From Nanobdellota archaeon (GTDB taxonomy: Archaea > Nanobdellota > Nanobdellia > Woesearchaeales > GW2011-AR4), in assembly GCA_038046185.1 (NCBI GenBank), contig JBBSWR010000144.1, forward strand, positions 1 through 44,182: a stretch of DNA of 44,182 nucleotides, read 5' to 3'. The notes under the pieces were generated by a model, which had not been told where the DNA came from, searched no databases, and saw nothing but the letters and a program-made list of their open reading frames with translations. Position numbers and translations under genes: made by a program. Below are positions 34,245-41,646 of this stretch, piece after piece (positions within the stretch are counted from its first letter, which is position 1; every line of letters begins with the position of its first letter).

Positions 34245-35252
34245 ATGCCAAAACAAACAATATCCTTATGCATGATAGTAAAGAACGAAGAGAAATATTT
34301 AGAGCAATGCCTTAATTCTGTTAAAGGTATTGTCGATGAAATAATAATTGTAGATACTGGCAGCACGGACAAAACAAAAGAAATAGCAAAAAAGTTTAAA
34401 GCAAAAGTTTTTGATTTCAAATGGGGTGACGATTTTTCTGAGGCGAGAAATGAAAGCCTGAAGCATGCAACAGGGGAGTGGATATTGGTTTTGGATGCTG
34501 ATGAGTTTATTGACGAGACTGGCTCAGAAAAGATAAAAAAAGCAATTGAGCACAAGGGCAACATGTCCGGCTTCCAGCTTGAGCAGAGATCTTACCTGGA
34601 GAATTACTTTGAAGGCGCTTATGAAAATAAATCAAATTTGGAGCAAGTCAAGAAATACTATTTTTACATCTCAAATTTTCTTGCGCGCCTGTTTAAGAAC
34701 AGGCTAGGCATCTATTTTAAGCACAGGGTGCATGAATTAGTTGAGGATTCAATGAATGAGCAAAAGCTTGAATTCCGAAAGGAAGATATTATAATTCATC
34801 ACTTTGGGACGCTAAAGGAGAGGGGACTGATAAGCAGCAAAGTTGACATGTATTCTAGGATGATACTGCACCAGATTGAGGAGCATCCTGATAGCCCAAG
34901 ATATTCATACCAGGCTGCGAGAATGTATCTCGGCAGGAATGATTTGACAAATGCTCTGAAATTTTTTAATAGGACAGCAGAAATCGACCCCCATTACAAG
35001 CTTGTATTTTCGGAAATAGCCAAAATCTACATGAGGATGAATGATAAAAATAAAATTATTGAGAATTTCATGAAAAGCATGGAATTAAATTCCGACAACC
35101 CTTCACCTGCAAACAACCTTGCTGTGGTTTATATGTCTATGGGGAAATTTGAAAGCGCAAAGAAAATTCTTGAAGAGCAATTAAAGAAGAATCCGGAGAA
35201 TGAAGCGTTAAAATATAATTATGAAGAATGCCTGAAGAACCTGAAAAAATAA
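34245..35252 (+). CDS. Family 2 glycosyltransferase fused to TPR repeats
   Basis: ISLCMIVKNEEKYLEQCLNSV..DEIIIVDTGSTDKT..ARNESLKHATGEWILVLDADE is the GT2 DxD architecture. The C-terminal ~110 aa have TPR-like periodicity. Confidence 0.8.
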   Translation: MPKQTISLCMIVKNEEKYLEQCLNSVKGIVDEIIIVDTGSTDKTKEIAKKFKAKVFDFKWGDDFSEARNESLKHATGEWILVLDADEFIDETGSEKIKKAIEHKGNMSGFQLEQRSYLENYFEGAYENKSNLEQVKKYYFYISNFLARLFKNRLGIYFKHRVHELVEDSMNEQKLEFRKEDIIIHHFGTLKERGLISSKVDMYSRMILHQIEEHPDSPRYSYQAARMYLGRNDLTNALKFFNRTAEIDPHYKLVFSEIAKIYMRMNDKNKIIENFMKSMELNSDNPSPANNLAVVYMSMGKFESAKKILEEQLKKNPENEALKYNYEECLKNLKK

Positions 35253-35257
35253 ATTTT

Positions 35258-35806
35258 TCATCTCCACTTAATCGAGCATCCGACTGCCGGCGTTAATTCA
35301 ATCCCGACTTTCCTGTCATGAACTACAGCATCGACCGCGTTTCTCAGGTCATTGGTATTGACTGCCTTTTCATCCTTATAGTTGTCATCAATCCTTCCGT
35401 GATATCTTAACTTGCGCTCGCCGTCAAAAACAAATGCTTCCGGGGTGCATTGTGCGCCGTAAGCGGATGCAGCAGCCTGGACTTCGTCCCTTAAATATGC
35501 AAAATTTAATTTTTTGGCTTTGCCCATTTCCACCATCTTATCAAAGCTGTCATCCGGATAATTAACTTCGTCGTTTGAATTGATGCCGACAACCTGAACC
35601 CCCTTTATTCCAAATTCACTTTGCATTGCTTTTATTCTTTCAATATAAGCCTGAACATAAGGGCAGTGGTTGCACATGAAAACGATCACTAAAACTTTCT
35701 TCTTGAAATCAGCAAGCCTGTAAATTTTCCCATCAACAGCCGTCAAGCTGAAATCCGGGGCTTTGTCTCTTATTTTCAGTTTTAAATTCTGCGTGTTCAT
35801 TTCCAT
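35258..35806 (-). CDS. Thioredoxin-fold thiol-disulfide oxidoreductase / peroxiredoxin-like (AhpC/TSA-redoxin family)
   Basis: DKAPDFSLTAVDGKIYRLADFKKKVLVIVFMCNHCPYV has the CxxC in redoxin context. Start is the ATG at 35806 or the GTG at 35815. Confidence 0.75.
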   Translation of the reverse strand: MEMNTQNLKLKIRDKAPDFSLTAVDGKIYRLADFKKKVLVIVFMCNHCPYVQAYIERIKAMQSEFGIKGVQVVGINSNDEVNYPDDSFDKMVEMGKAKKLNFAYLRDEVQAAASAYGAQCTPEAFVFDGERKLRYHGRIDDNYKDEKAVNTNDLRNAVDAVVHDRKVGIELTPAVGCSIKWR

Positions 35807-35863
35807 GAAAATCACCTTTAAAGAACAATAATTTCAGATTATTAAAAATTTGTGATTTTAAAA

Positions 35864-36003
35864 TGCCGAAGGGGAGACTTGCATGCGGCAAGCATGCTCG
35901 CTTGCCACAATTTGAACTCCCGACAGACACCTTTCCAAGTTTCCTTATGAGAGTGTCACTCTAGTGCCCAATAGGTTATATTACCAGGCTGAGTTACTTC
36001 GGC
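35864..36003 (-). tRNA. tRNA with CAT anticodon (elongator Met or Ile2-type), apparently interrupted by three introns (D-loop, anticodon loop, T-loop)
   Basis: Hand fold of the reverse complement: GCCGAAG-TA-ACTC-AGCCTGGTA[20 nt]GAGT-G-ACACT-CTCATA[13 nt]A-GGTGT-CTGTC-GGGAG-TTCAAAT[33 nt]CTCCC-CTTCGGC-A. The exon sum is 74 nt. Confidence 0.65.
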
Positions 36004-36054
36004 ATGAGTCAAAAGAATAATAGGGCTTTTAAAAAGCTTACTAATAATAATAAT

Positions 36055-36465
36055 TCACAAAAACTTCTTTACCTTCTCGGCGTATTCTTTCATCTCGCCA
36101 TCTTTGTATTTTGTGTGCGACCATTTTATTTTCAGGCCGTCATCTTTAAACCTTGGAACTATATGAAGGTGAGAGTGAAACACAACCTGGCCGGCTTCCA
36201 GGCCATTGCTCATAACCAGGTTAAATCCCTGACAGCCTAAGCTCAAAGACAGGGCTTTTGAAACCCTTTTGGCTACTTTTATAGCCGCTTCCGCATCTTC
36301 ATCCTTCATGTCAGACAAATCTTTTGAATGATTTTTTGGGATTACAAGGCAGTGCCCCTTATTTGCCGGCATTATGTCCAGAAAACAGATTACCCTGTCA
36401 TCCTCATAAATTTTAGCAGAAGGAATTTTTCCTTCAATTATTTTGCAAAATATGCAGTCTTCCAT
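36055..36465 (-). CDS. HIT-family (histidine triad) nucleotide hydrolase/transferase
   Basis: CIFCKII N-terminal zinc motif and the HSHLHIVPR histidine triad. Confidence 0.9.
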   Translation of the reverse strand: MEDCIFCKIIEGKIPSAKIYEDDRVICFLDIMPANKGHCLVIPKNHSKDLSDMKDEDAEAAIKVAKRVSKALSLSLGCQGFNLVMSNGLEAGQVVFHSHLHIVPRFKDDGLKIKWSHTKYKDGEMKEYAEKVKKFL

Positions 36466-36469
36466 TTTC

Positions 36470-36949
36470 CTAGATTGGGTAAAATTCTAATTTATCATCT
36501 TGGGCATCAAGCATGGCAACAGTATACGGGTAAACCCGAAATAATGCTCCGGGATTTATAATCCTTGTTTTTCCTATTTTATCGTCCCGCTTCGTGTGAG
36601 TGTGCCCCGTTAGGACATAATCATATTTATTGCTTTGGATTGCGTTATTGAGAATTTTTGATTTTGTTCCGTGATAAACATAGAATTTTTTTCCGTCATG
36701 CGTGAATTCAATTTCGTCTTTTATTTCGTCAAAATCAAGCTTTTTGCACATTTCTTTTAAGCCCGCTCTTTCCCCGTCATTGTTGCCATAAACAAATTTC
36801 ATTTTAAGTTCCTTGAAATATTCAAGCATTGGGGGGCTTACAATATCTCCGCAGTGGACAACAAAATCAACATTCTTCTCCTTGAATAAAGCAACTGCTT
36901 TCTTAATTGCTTCTTCGTTTTCGTGAGTGTCTGAGATTATTCCTATCAT
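36470..36949 (-). CDS. Metallophosphoesterase, YfcE/MJ0936 family
   Basis: IGIISDTHEN, VVHCGDIVS, GNNDGE and LTGHTH are the calcineurin-like phosphoesterase motifs at MJ0936-like size. Confidence 0.85.
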   Translation of the reverse strand: MIGIISDTHENEEAIKKAVALFKEKNVDFVVHCGDIVSPPMLEYFKELKMKFVYGNNDGERAGLKEMCKKLDFDEIKDEIEFTHDGKKFYVYHGTKSKILNNAIQSNKYDYVLTGHTHTKRDDKIGKTRIINPGALFRVYPYTVAMLDAQDDKLEFYPI

Positions 36950-36990
36950 GGATTCACGCAGTATTTCAGAATATTTAAATTATTTCTATA

Positions 36991-37052
36991 GGGAACTTTG
37001 AATAATTCATTATTTTGGCATTTTCATTCAAAGTTCTCTTAGAGAATTTTGA
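36991..37052. repeat. Palindromic intergenic units of the AGAGAAYTTTGAA family
   Basis: gggaactttgaa (36991-37002) pairs with ttcaaagttctct (37026-37038), followed by tagagaattttga (37040-37052). Confidence 0.7.
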
Positions 37053-37140
37053 CATAGAGAAAACCTATCCGGTTTTCGAAATCTGAAAATTTATAATTTT
37101 CAGATAATTGGTAATATTTCAAAATCCCCTATATAAAAAA

Positions 37141-37309
37141 TGGACCGGCCGGGATTTGAATTTCCGTGCCAAAAATCATAGATTTTTTAGCATCCCGGAG
37201 CCTCACCCATGCCATGGGTGCGTTATGTTCTCCAACTGGGGCTTTATGCCCCGAATTTTGGTAAAGCTTTTGGCTTGCCCAAAAGGTTTCCGGATTTAAC
37301 TACCGGCCC
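37141..37309 (-). tRNA. tRNA-Ala (anticodon GGC) with two large insertions/introns in the D-loop (~60 nt) and at the T-stem/T-loop junction (~33 nt)
   Basis: Reverse-complement hand fold: GGGCCGG-TA-GTTA[71 nt incl. D-loop]TAAC-G-CACCC-ATGGCAT-GGGTG-AGGCT-CCGGG[33 nt]TTCAAAT-CCCGG-CCGGTCC-A. It has the G3-U70 pair and A73 typical of tRNA-Ala. Exact splice points are uncertain. Confidence 0.6.
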
Positions 37310-37368
37310 ATCAATCTAAGGATAAACACTGCTGTTTAAAAGATTTTCTTAAAAATGGATTAGAATTC

Positions 37369-37584
37369 TTAGTGTTTTGCTGCCAGCCTTACGTCGCCTT
37401 CATGTACTGTCTTTCTGCCGGCGTGCTTTGCTATCTGCGATGCTCTGGAAGAAATCTTCACTCCAAGGTCTGTAAGCACCTCTGCAAAAGTGTCCACCGC
37501 GCCAGAAGAAACTCTTTTGGCTCCCGCTTTCATCAGAATTCTTGCAACGCTTGCCTTCGGAATTGTAGAAGTTTTCCTGCCCAT
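37369..37584 (-). CDS. Archaeal histone (HMf family, histone fold)
   Basis: IPKASVARILMKAGAKRVSSGAVDTFAEVLTDLGVKISSRASQIAKHAGRKTVHEGDVRLA aligns with archaeal histone A/B in length and motifs. Confidence 0.85.
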   Translation of the reverse strand: MGRKTSTIPKASVARILMKAGAKRVSSGAVDTFAEVLTDLGVKISSRASQIAKHAGRKTVHEGDVRLAAKH

Positions 37585-37700
37585 AAAAAATACCCCTTAG
37601 TCTTTGTGATTAGGTTTTCCTGCGGGAAGTTGTTTAAATAGTTTTCGATTTTACTCGTAAATCGCATATTTTAAATATTCAAACTATAAACAATCTGTAT

Positions 37701-39389
37701 ATGGATCCATCACTAAAACAAACAGTCACAAAGTATGCCCTTCAGAATGCAGTCAAATACAAAGGCAAAGCAAATCCTGGCGCAGTCATAGGGAGAGTTC
37801 TCGGAGAAAATCCTGAACTAAAGGAAAAGGCGCAGGAATTAAGCAAGGAAGTTGTCAAAATAATTTCTGAAATAAATAAATTAGGCTTGGAGAAGCAGGA
37901 AAAGAAACTGCAGGAAATAGCTCCTGAACTTTTAGAGAAAAAAGAAAAGCCGGAAGAAAAAAATATTTTTGCATTTTTGGATATAAGAGAAGGAGAAAAT
38001 GTTGTAACCGCTTTTCCTCCGGAACCGAGCAAATATCCTCATATCGGGCACGCTAAAGCAATAATTGTTAATTATGAATTGGCTAAACATTACAACGGAA
38101 AATTTGTCCTGAGATTTGAAGATACAAATCCGGAGCTTGCAAAAGAAGAATTCTACAAAATACACCTTGACAATTACGAATGGCTTGGGATTAAGCCAGA
38201 CAAAGTTGACCATGCGTCGGACCACATGGAAGAAATGTACCAGTATGCTGAAAAGATAATAAGGGAAAATCATGCTTATATCTGCCTATGCAAGCAGGAA
38301 CAGATTAAGGAGATGAGGAAGGTTGGAATTGAGTGCGAGCACAGGTATTACCAGCCCGATAAAAATCTTGAGTTATGGAAAGAGATGTTCACGGCAAAAG
38401 CCGGGAAAATGATTTTAAGGCTGAAGGGCCACATGCAAAGCCCGAATTCTACTCTAAGGGATCCTGCAATATTCAGGGTTATTGACGAGCCCCATCCACG
38501 GCACAAGAAAAAATACAGGGTATGGCCGATGTATGATTTTGAAAACGCAATAATGGACGGAATTGAAGGCGTAACCCACAGGCTGAGAAGCAAGGAATTC
38601 GAGCTGAGAAATGAGCTGCAGAGGCTGATACAGACAGTTGCAGGCTTTCCTGAAACTAAAATTTACGAGTTTGCAAGATTCAACATGGAAGGGGTTGAAA
38701 GCTCCGGAAGAATCATAAGAGAAAAAGTCCAGAAAAAGCAGCTGATTGGATGGGACGATCCTTCACTGACAACTCTGGTTGCCCTGAAGAGAAGAGGATT
38801 TTTGCCGGAAGCCATTAAAGACTTTGTTTTATCTACGGGATTGACTAAAAATGAATCTGTCCTGACCTGGGATGATTTGATTGTGCACAACAGGAGGCTG
38901 CTTGACAAGGAGTGCAGCAGGTATTTCTTTGTTGAAAATCCAAAAGAAATCAAAGTTGAAAATGCCCCAGAGCAGAATGTTGAATTAAAATTGCACCCTG
39001 AGTCCAAAGAAAGGGGCGTAAGAAAATTCAAGGCAAAAGACAAATTTTACGTTGCTGAAAAAGATTTTAAGGAATTCAAGGAAGGAAAATTAGTCAGATT
39101 GATGGATTGCCTGAATTTCAAAAAAGTTAAGAATAAATTTATTTTTGATTCTGTTGAATATGAAAAGTACAAATCACACGGCGACAAAATAATCCACTGG
39201 TTGCCTGCGCAAAAAGATTTAATCAAGGTGGAAGTGCTGATGCCAGACAAGAAAGTTGCAAAAGGGTTGGCAGAGCCAATGGTTAAGAATTTAAAAATAG
39301 GGGATATTGTTCAGTTCAGCAGGTTTGGATTCTGCAAACTGGATTCAAAGGACAAAGATAAATTAAAGTTTTGGTATACGCATGATTAA
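37701..39389 (+). CDS. gltX: Glutamyl-tRNA synthetase, archaeal/eukaryal type
   Basis: N-terminus YALQNAVKYKGKANPGAVIGRVLGENPEL. HIGH motif PSKYPHIGHAKA. LRFEDTNP and WPMYDFENAIMDGIEGVTHRLRSKEF are class I GluRS/GlnRS core blocks. The length is typical for archaeal GluRS. Confidence 0.9.
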   Translation: MDPSLKQTVTKYALQNAVKYKGKANPGAVIGRVLGENPELKEKAQELSKEVVKIISEINKLGLEKQEKKLQEIAPELLEKKEKPEEKNIFAFLDIREGENVVTAFPPEPSKYPHIGHAKAIIVNYELAKHYNGKFVLRFEDTNPELAKEEFYKIHLDNYEWLGIKPDKVDHASDHMEEMYQYAEKIIRENHAYICLCKQEQIKEMRKVGIECEHRYYQPDKNLELWKEMFTAKAGKMILRLKGHMQSPNSTLRDPAIFRVIDEPHPRHKKKYRVWPMYDFENAIMDGIEGVTHRLRSKEFELRNELQRLIQTVAGFPETKIYEFARFNMEGVESSGRIIREKVQKKQLIGWDDPSLTTLVALKRRGFLPEAIKDFVLSTGLTKNESVLTWDDLIVHNRRLLDKECSRYFFVENPKEIKVENAPEQNVELKLHPESKERGVRKFKAKDKFYVAEKDFKEFKEGKLVRLMDCLNFKKVKNKFIFDSVEYEKYKSHGDKIIHWLPAQKDLIKVEVLMPDKKVAKGLAEPMVKNLKIGDIVQFSRFGFCKLDSKDKDKLKFWYTHD

Positions 39390-39394
39390 GTTCA

Positions 39395-39541
39395 ATGGTT
39401 AAAAAAAGAATTTGTCCAAAATGCAAAAGCACAAATGTAGAAGAAGATATGTCAGCTTTACAAGTTAATCAAAAATTTGTTCCACCAATGTTTATATGCA
39501 ATGATTGTAGCAATACTGGAATTTTTCCAGAAATAAACTAA
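39395..39541 (+). CDS. Possible small zinc-ribbon protein (48 aa, below ORF-track cutoff)
   Basis: Hand translation: MVKKRICPKCKSTNVEEDMSALQVNQKFVPPMFICNDCSNTGIFPEIN. It has CxxC...CxxC and starts 6 nt after gltX. Confidence 0.4.
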   Translation: MVKKRICPKCKSTNVEEDMSALQVNQKFVPPMFICNDCSNTGIFPEIN

Positions 39542-39560
39542 ATTATCTATTAAAATAAAA

Positions 39561-39674
39561 CGCCGCGGCTGGGATTTTCACCCATGAGGTTATCCATCAA
39601 AGGATTTGAACCCAGATGCCCTTTCAGACAGGAGGTTCTTAGGCTCCCGCACTTCCAGATTATGCGACCGCGGC
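39561..39674 (-). tRNA. Type II (long variable arm) tRNA with apparent AAG anticodon, Ser-like body, 30-nt intron in the T-arm
   Basis: Reverse-complement hand fold: GCCGCGG-TC-GCAT-AATCTGGAA-GTGC-G-GGAGC-CTAAGAA-CCTCC-[15-nt variable arm]-CTGGG-TTCAAAT-CC[30 nt]CAG-CCGCGGC-G. The exon sum of 84 nt equals the tRNA-Ser at 33129. Confidence 0.55.
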
Positions 39675-39900
39675 ATGAAAAGTTTTATATAGTCAAAGTG
39701 TTTTGATAATACTGGTTCTTAGGCTTCTGTACCGCCAGGTTGTGCGGCTTTTTTCTTTTTATTTTAGATGATGATGCAGTTAAAACTCCTTTATAAATCT
39801 CATGTGAAGATGTCCAGTGTCCATTGCTACTCTAAAATATAGGTTAAAGAATAAAATTCAAAACAGAAAGTATTTAAGGAATAATAAAAAGTATTGATTT

Positions 39901-40083
39901 ATGACTAAATCAATAATTGTTAAATCACAGGTAAAGGAACTGGCGAAGATAGACGGCAAATCGCTTAGCGTTGCAGAAGAGTTCTACAAAGCCCTGGAAG
40001 AGAAGAACCAGCAGTTGGTTGCAGAAGCGTGTAAAAGGGCCAAGTCAAACAGCAGGAACACAATTATGGCAAGGGATCTATAG
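39901..40083 (+). CDS. Small histone-fold-like protein (DUF1931-like, assignment from memory)
   Basis: IIVKSQVKELAK..SVAEEFYKALEEKNQQLVAEACKRAKSNSRNTIMARDL. The size and the C-terminal R-x-T-[IV]-M-A-R-D pattern match what I recall of the Aq_328/DUF1931 family. Confidence 0.5.
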   Translation: MTKSIIVKSQVKELAKIDGKSLSVAEEFYKALEEKNQQLVAEACKRAKSNSRNTIMARDL

Positions 40084-40167
40084 AAAATTTTGAGAAATTA
40101 ATAATACAAAATTTTCTAAGAGAATTTTGAATAGTTTATTATTTTAAAATTCTTTCAAAATTATCTG
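40082..40167. repeat. Two adjacent palindromic units of the AGAGAAYTTTGAA family between convergent genes
   Basis: agaaaattttga...caaaattttct, then aagagaattttgaa...ttaaaattcttt / ttcaaaatt. The position suits a bidirectional terminator. Confidence 0.65.
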
Positions 40168-40170
40168 TAA

Positions 40171-40650
40171 TCAAGAATTAAAATATTCGTCTCTGTCTAT
40201 TTTTTTGTTTATTTTATTTTCCAGCATGCTCAGCTTTCGCTGCCTTTTGGCTTTGTCCATGTGAAGAATTCTCATTCTGTGCTTAACTGCCTCAAGGGAA
40301 TCCGACATCTCCTTCATTCTTTCGTTGTTCTCGCTCACTATCCTGTATTTTTCTTCCCTTTCGTTTCGGATTTCCCCCTCAAGCAAGGCTATCCTATCTT
40401 TCAAATCCTTGATTTCGCTGTCTTCCGGCCTAAAGAATTTTGAATATTTTCTTTCCAGGTCGATTAAAATATTAATTTTATCTTTCAGCCTGTCAATGTC
40501 ATTGTAGCTGAGGCTCATCCTGATAATTGATTTCCTCATTTTAGCGAGGTGAGCCTTCACTTCATCCTCCGCTTTTTGCTTTTGCGAATGGACTTTGCTT
40601 ATCAGAAAAACATGCCTTGCAAAATTCCCCATTGCTTTTGTGTTTTGCAT
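40171..40650 (-). CDS. Coiled-coil hypothetical protein
   Basis: 159-aa ORF with an ATG start. It is charged, heptad-like sequence lying immediately downstream of 40809..41492 on the same strand. Confidence 0.5.
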   Translation of the reverse strand: MQNTKAMGNFARHVFLISKVHSQKQKAEDEVKAHLAKMRKSIIRMSLSYNDIDRLKDKINILIDLERKYSKFFRPEDSEIKDLKDRIALLEGEIRNEREEKYRIVSENNERMKEMSDSLEAVKHRMRILHMDKAKRQRKLSMLENKINKKIDRDEYFNS

Positions 40651-40808
40651 TTTGAATTTTATTTATTGTGGAGATTCAATTTAATTCTTCAGGGAGGGAA
40701 TGGTTAATTGCACCAAAAGTGCCTTCTGTTGCCCTCCACCCACCCGGTAATGTGAAACAATCAAGTGCAAACGTGACCAATAAAATTATAAAAATTCTAA
40801 AAAATGAC

Positions 40809-41492
40809 CTACTTCTTGAACATTCCGAAAAGTCCTTTTTTCTTTTGAGTGTCATCATCCAGCGGAAAAGGCTCGTCCGGAAAATCCAGGTCCGGCATCG
40901 GGGCGGGCTGCATCGGAGGAAGCTGCATGCCAAAATCAGTGCTTGGCGGCGCCAAATTAGTCGGAGACATCGGCGGAGAAATTTGAGGTGTCATTTGAAA
41001 ATTCGGCTGTGACATCTGCTGGAATGACGGCGGCGCCACTGAACCCATTGGCTGAGGCCTCTGCATTGAAGTGTCGGGCTTCCATTCCGGCTTTGAGAAT
41101 GATTTGGGCTCGGGCTTAAACATCGGAGCTGCATCTTCTTTTACAGGCGAATAATCCTCCTTTTCCATTGAGCTGAGCTTTTCCTTCACGAGCTCGACTA
41201 TTGCAACCATTCCCTCTGCAATCGTCTTATTTTGGTCAATCAATTTATCGAGCTTTGAAATTATATTCTCGTGTTTTTTTGCTTCCGCCTCATAGCCTTT
41301 GTCCTCCAGCTTCATTTGTTCTGCTGCTGCGCCGAACACTTCAAGCATTCCGCTTACCGTGTCTGCCAGCCTGTGCACAGCCTCGTAAAGCTCTTTGGGA
41401 GAAACATCTTTCCTGTCCTGAATAGTCTCCAGCTCCCTCTTTAAATCAGAAATATTCTTATATGAAACAAAGCTATCATCCCCTTCAGCCAT
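40809..41492 (-). CDS. Coiled-coil protein with Pro/Met/Gln-rich disordered region and C-terminal amphipathic basic tail
   Basis: ATG at 41492 (the track uses the TTG at 41501). N-terminal helical region, then PQPMGSVAPPSFQQMSQPNFQMTPQISPPMSP.., ending in an acidic patch plus KKKGLFGMFKK. Confidence 0.55.
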   Translation of the reverse strand: MAEGDDSFVSYKNISDLKRELETIQDRKDVSPKELYEAVHRLADTVSGMLEVFGAAAEQMKLEDKGYEAEAKKHENIISKLDKLIDQNKTIAEGMVAIVELVKEKLSSMEKEDYSPVKEDAAPMFKPEPKSFSKPEWKPDTSMQRPQPMGSVAPPSFQQMSQPNFQMTPQISPPMSPTNLAPPSTDFGMQLPPMQPAPMPDLDFPDEPFPLDDDTQKKKGLFGMFKK

Positions 41493-41646
41493 CTCAATCA
41501 ACCTCTTTTTTACTTAACCAACCCTATTATATGAGAATAAAAATAATGATATATAAAGATTTCTATTTGACTTTTATTTTATTTTGTTATCACTTTATAA
41601 AAGTAACTTTAGAAAGATTTAAAAAGGATATGGCTACACTTGGGAT

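Noticed and set aside
36004-36240. 78-aa + strand ORF (also 36328..36561).
   Set aside because: It abuts the tRNA(CAT) gene and is antisense to the well-supported HIT and metallophosphoesterase genes.
37108-37299. 63-aa + strand ORF.
   Set aside because: It coincides almost exactly with the minus-strand tRNA-Ala gene and its insertions.
37372-37641. 89-aa Cys-rich + strand ORF.
   Set aside because: It is antisense to the archaeal histone gene, which has a far stronger match.
39766-39840. Possible C/D-box sRNA (ATGATGA at ~39768).
   Set aside because: There is no CTGA D box or C'/D' pair at appropriate spacing and no terminal stem.
40668-41012. 114-aa Arg-rich + strand ORF, 85-aa minus ORF 40676..40933, and 41201..41425.
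   Set aside because: These are alternate-frame or antisense shadows of the Pro/Met-rich segment of the 40809..41492 gene. The GC-rich Pro codons keep other frames open.
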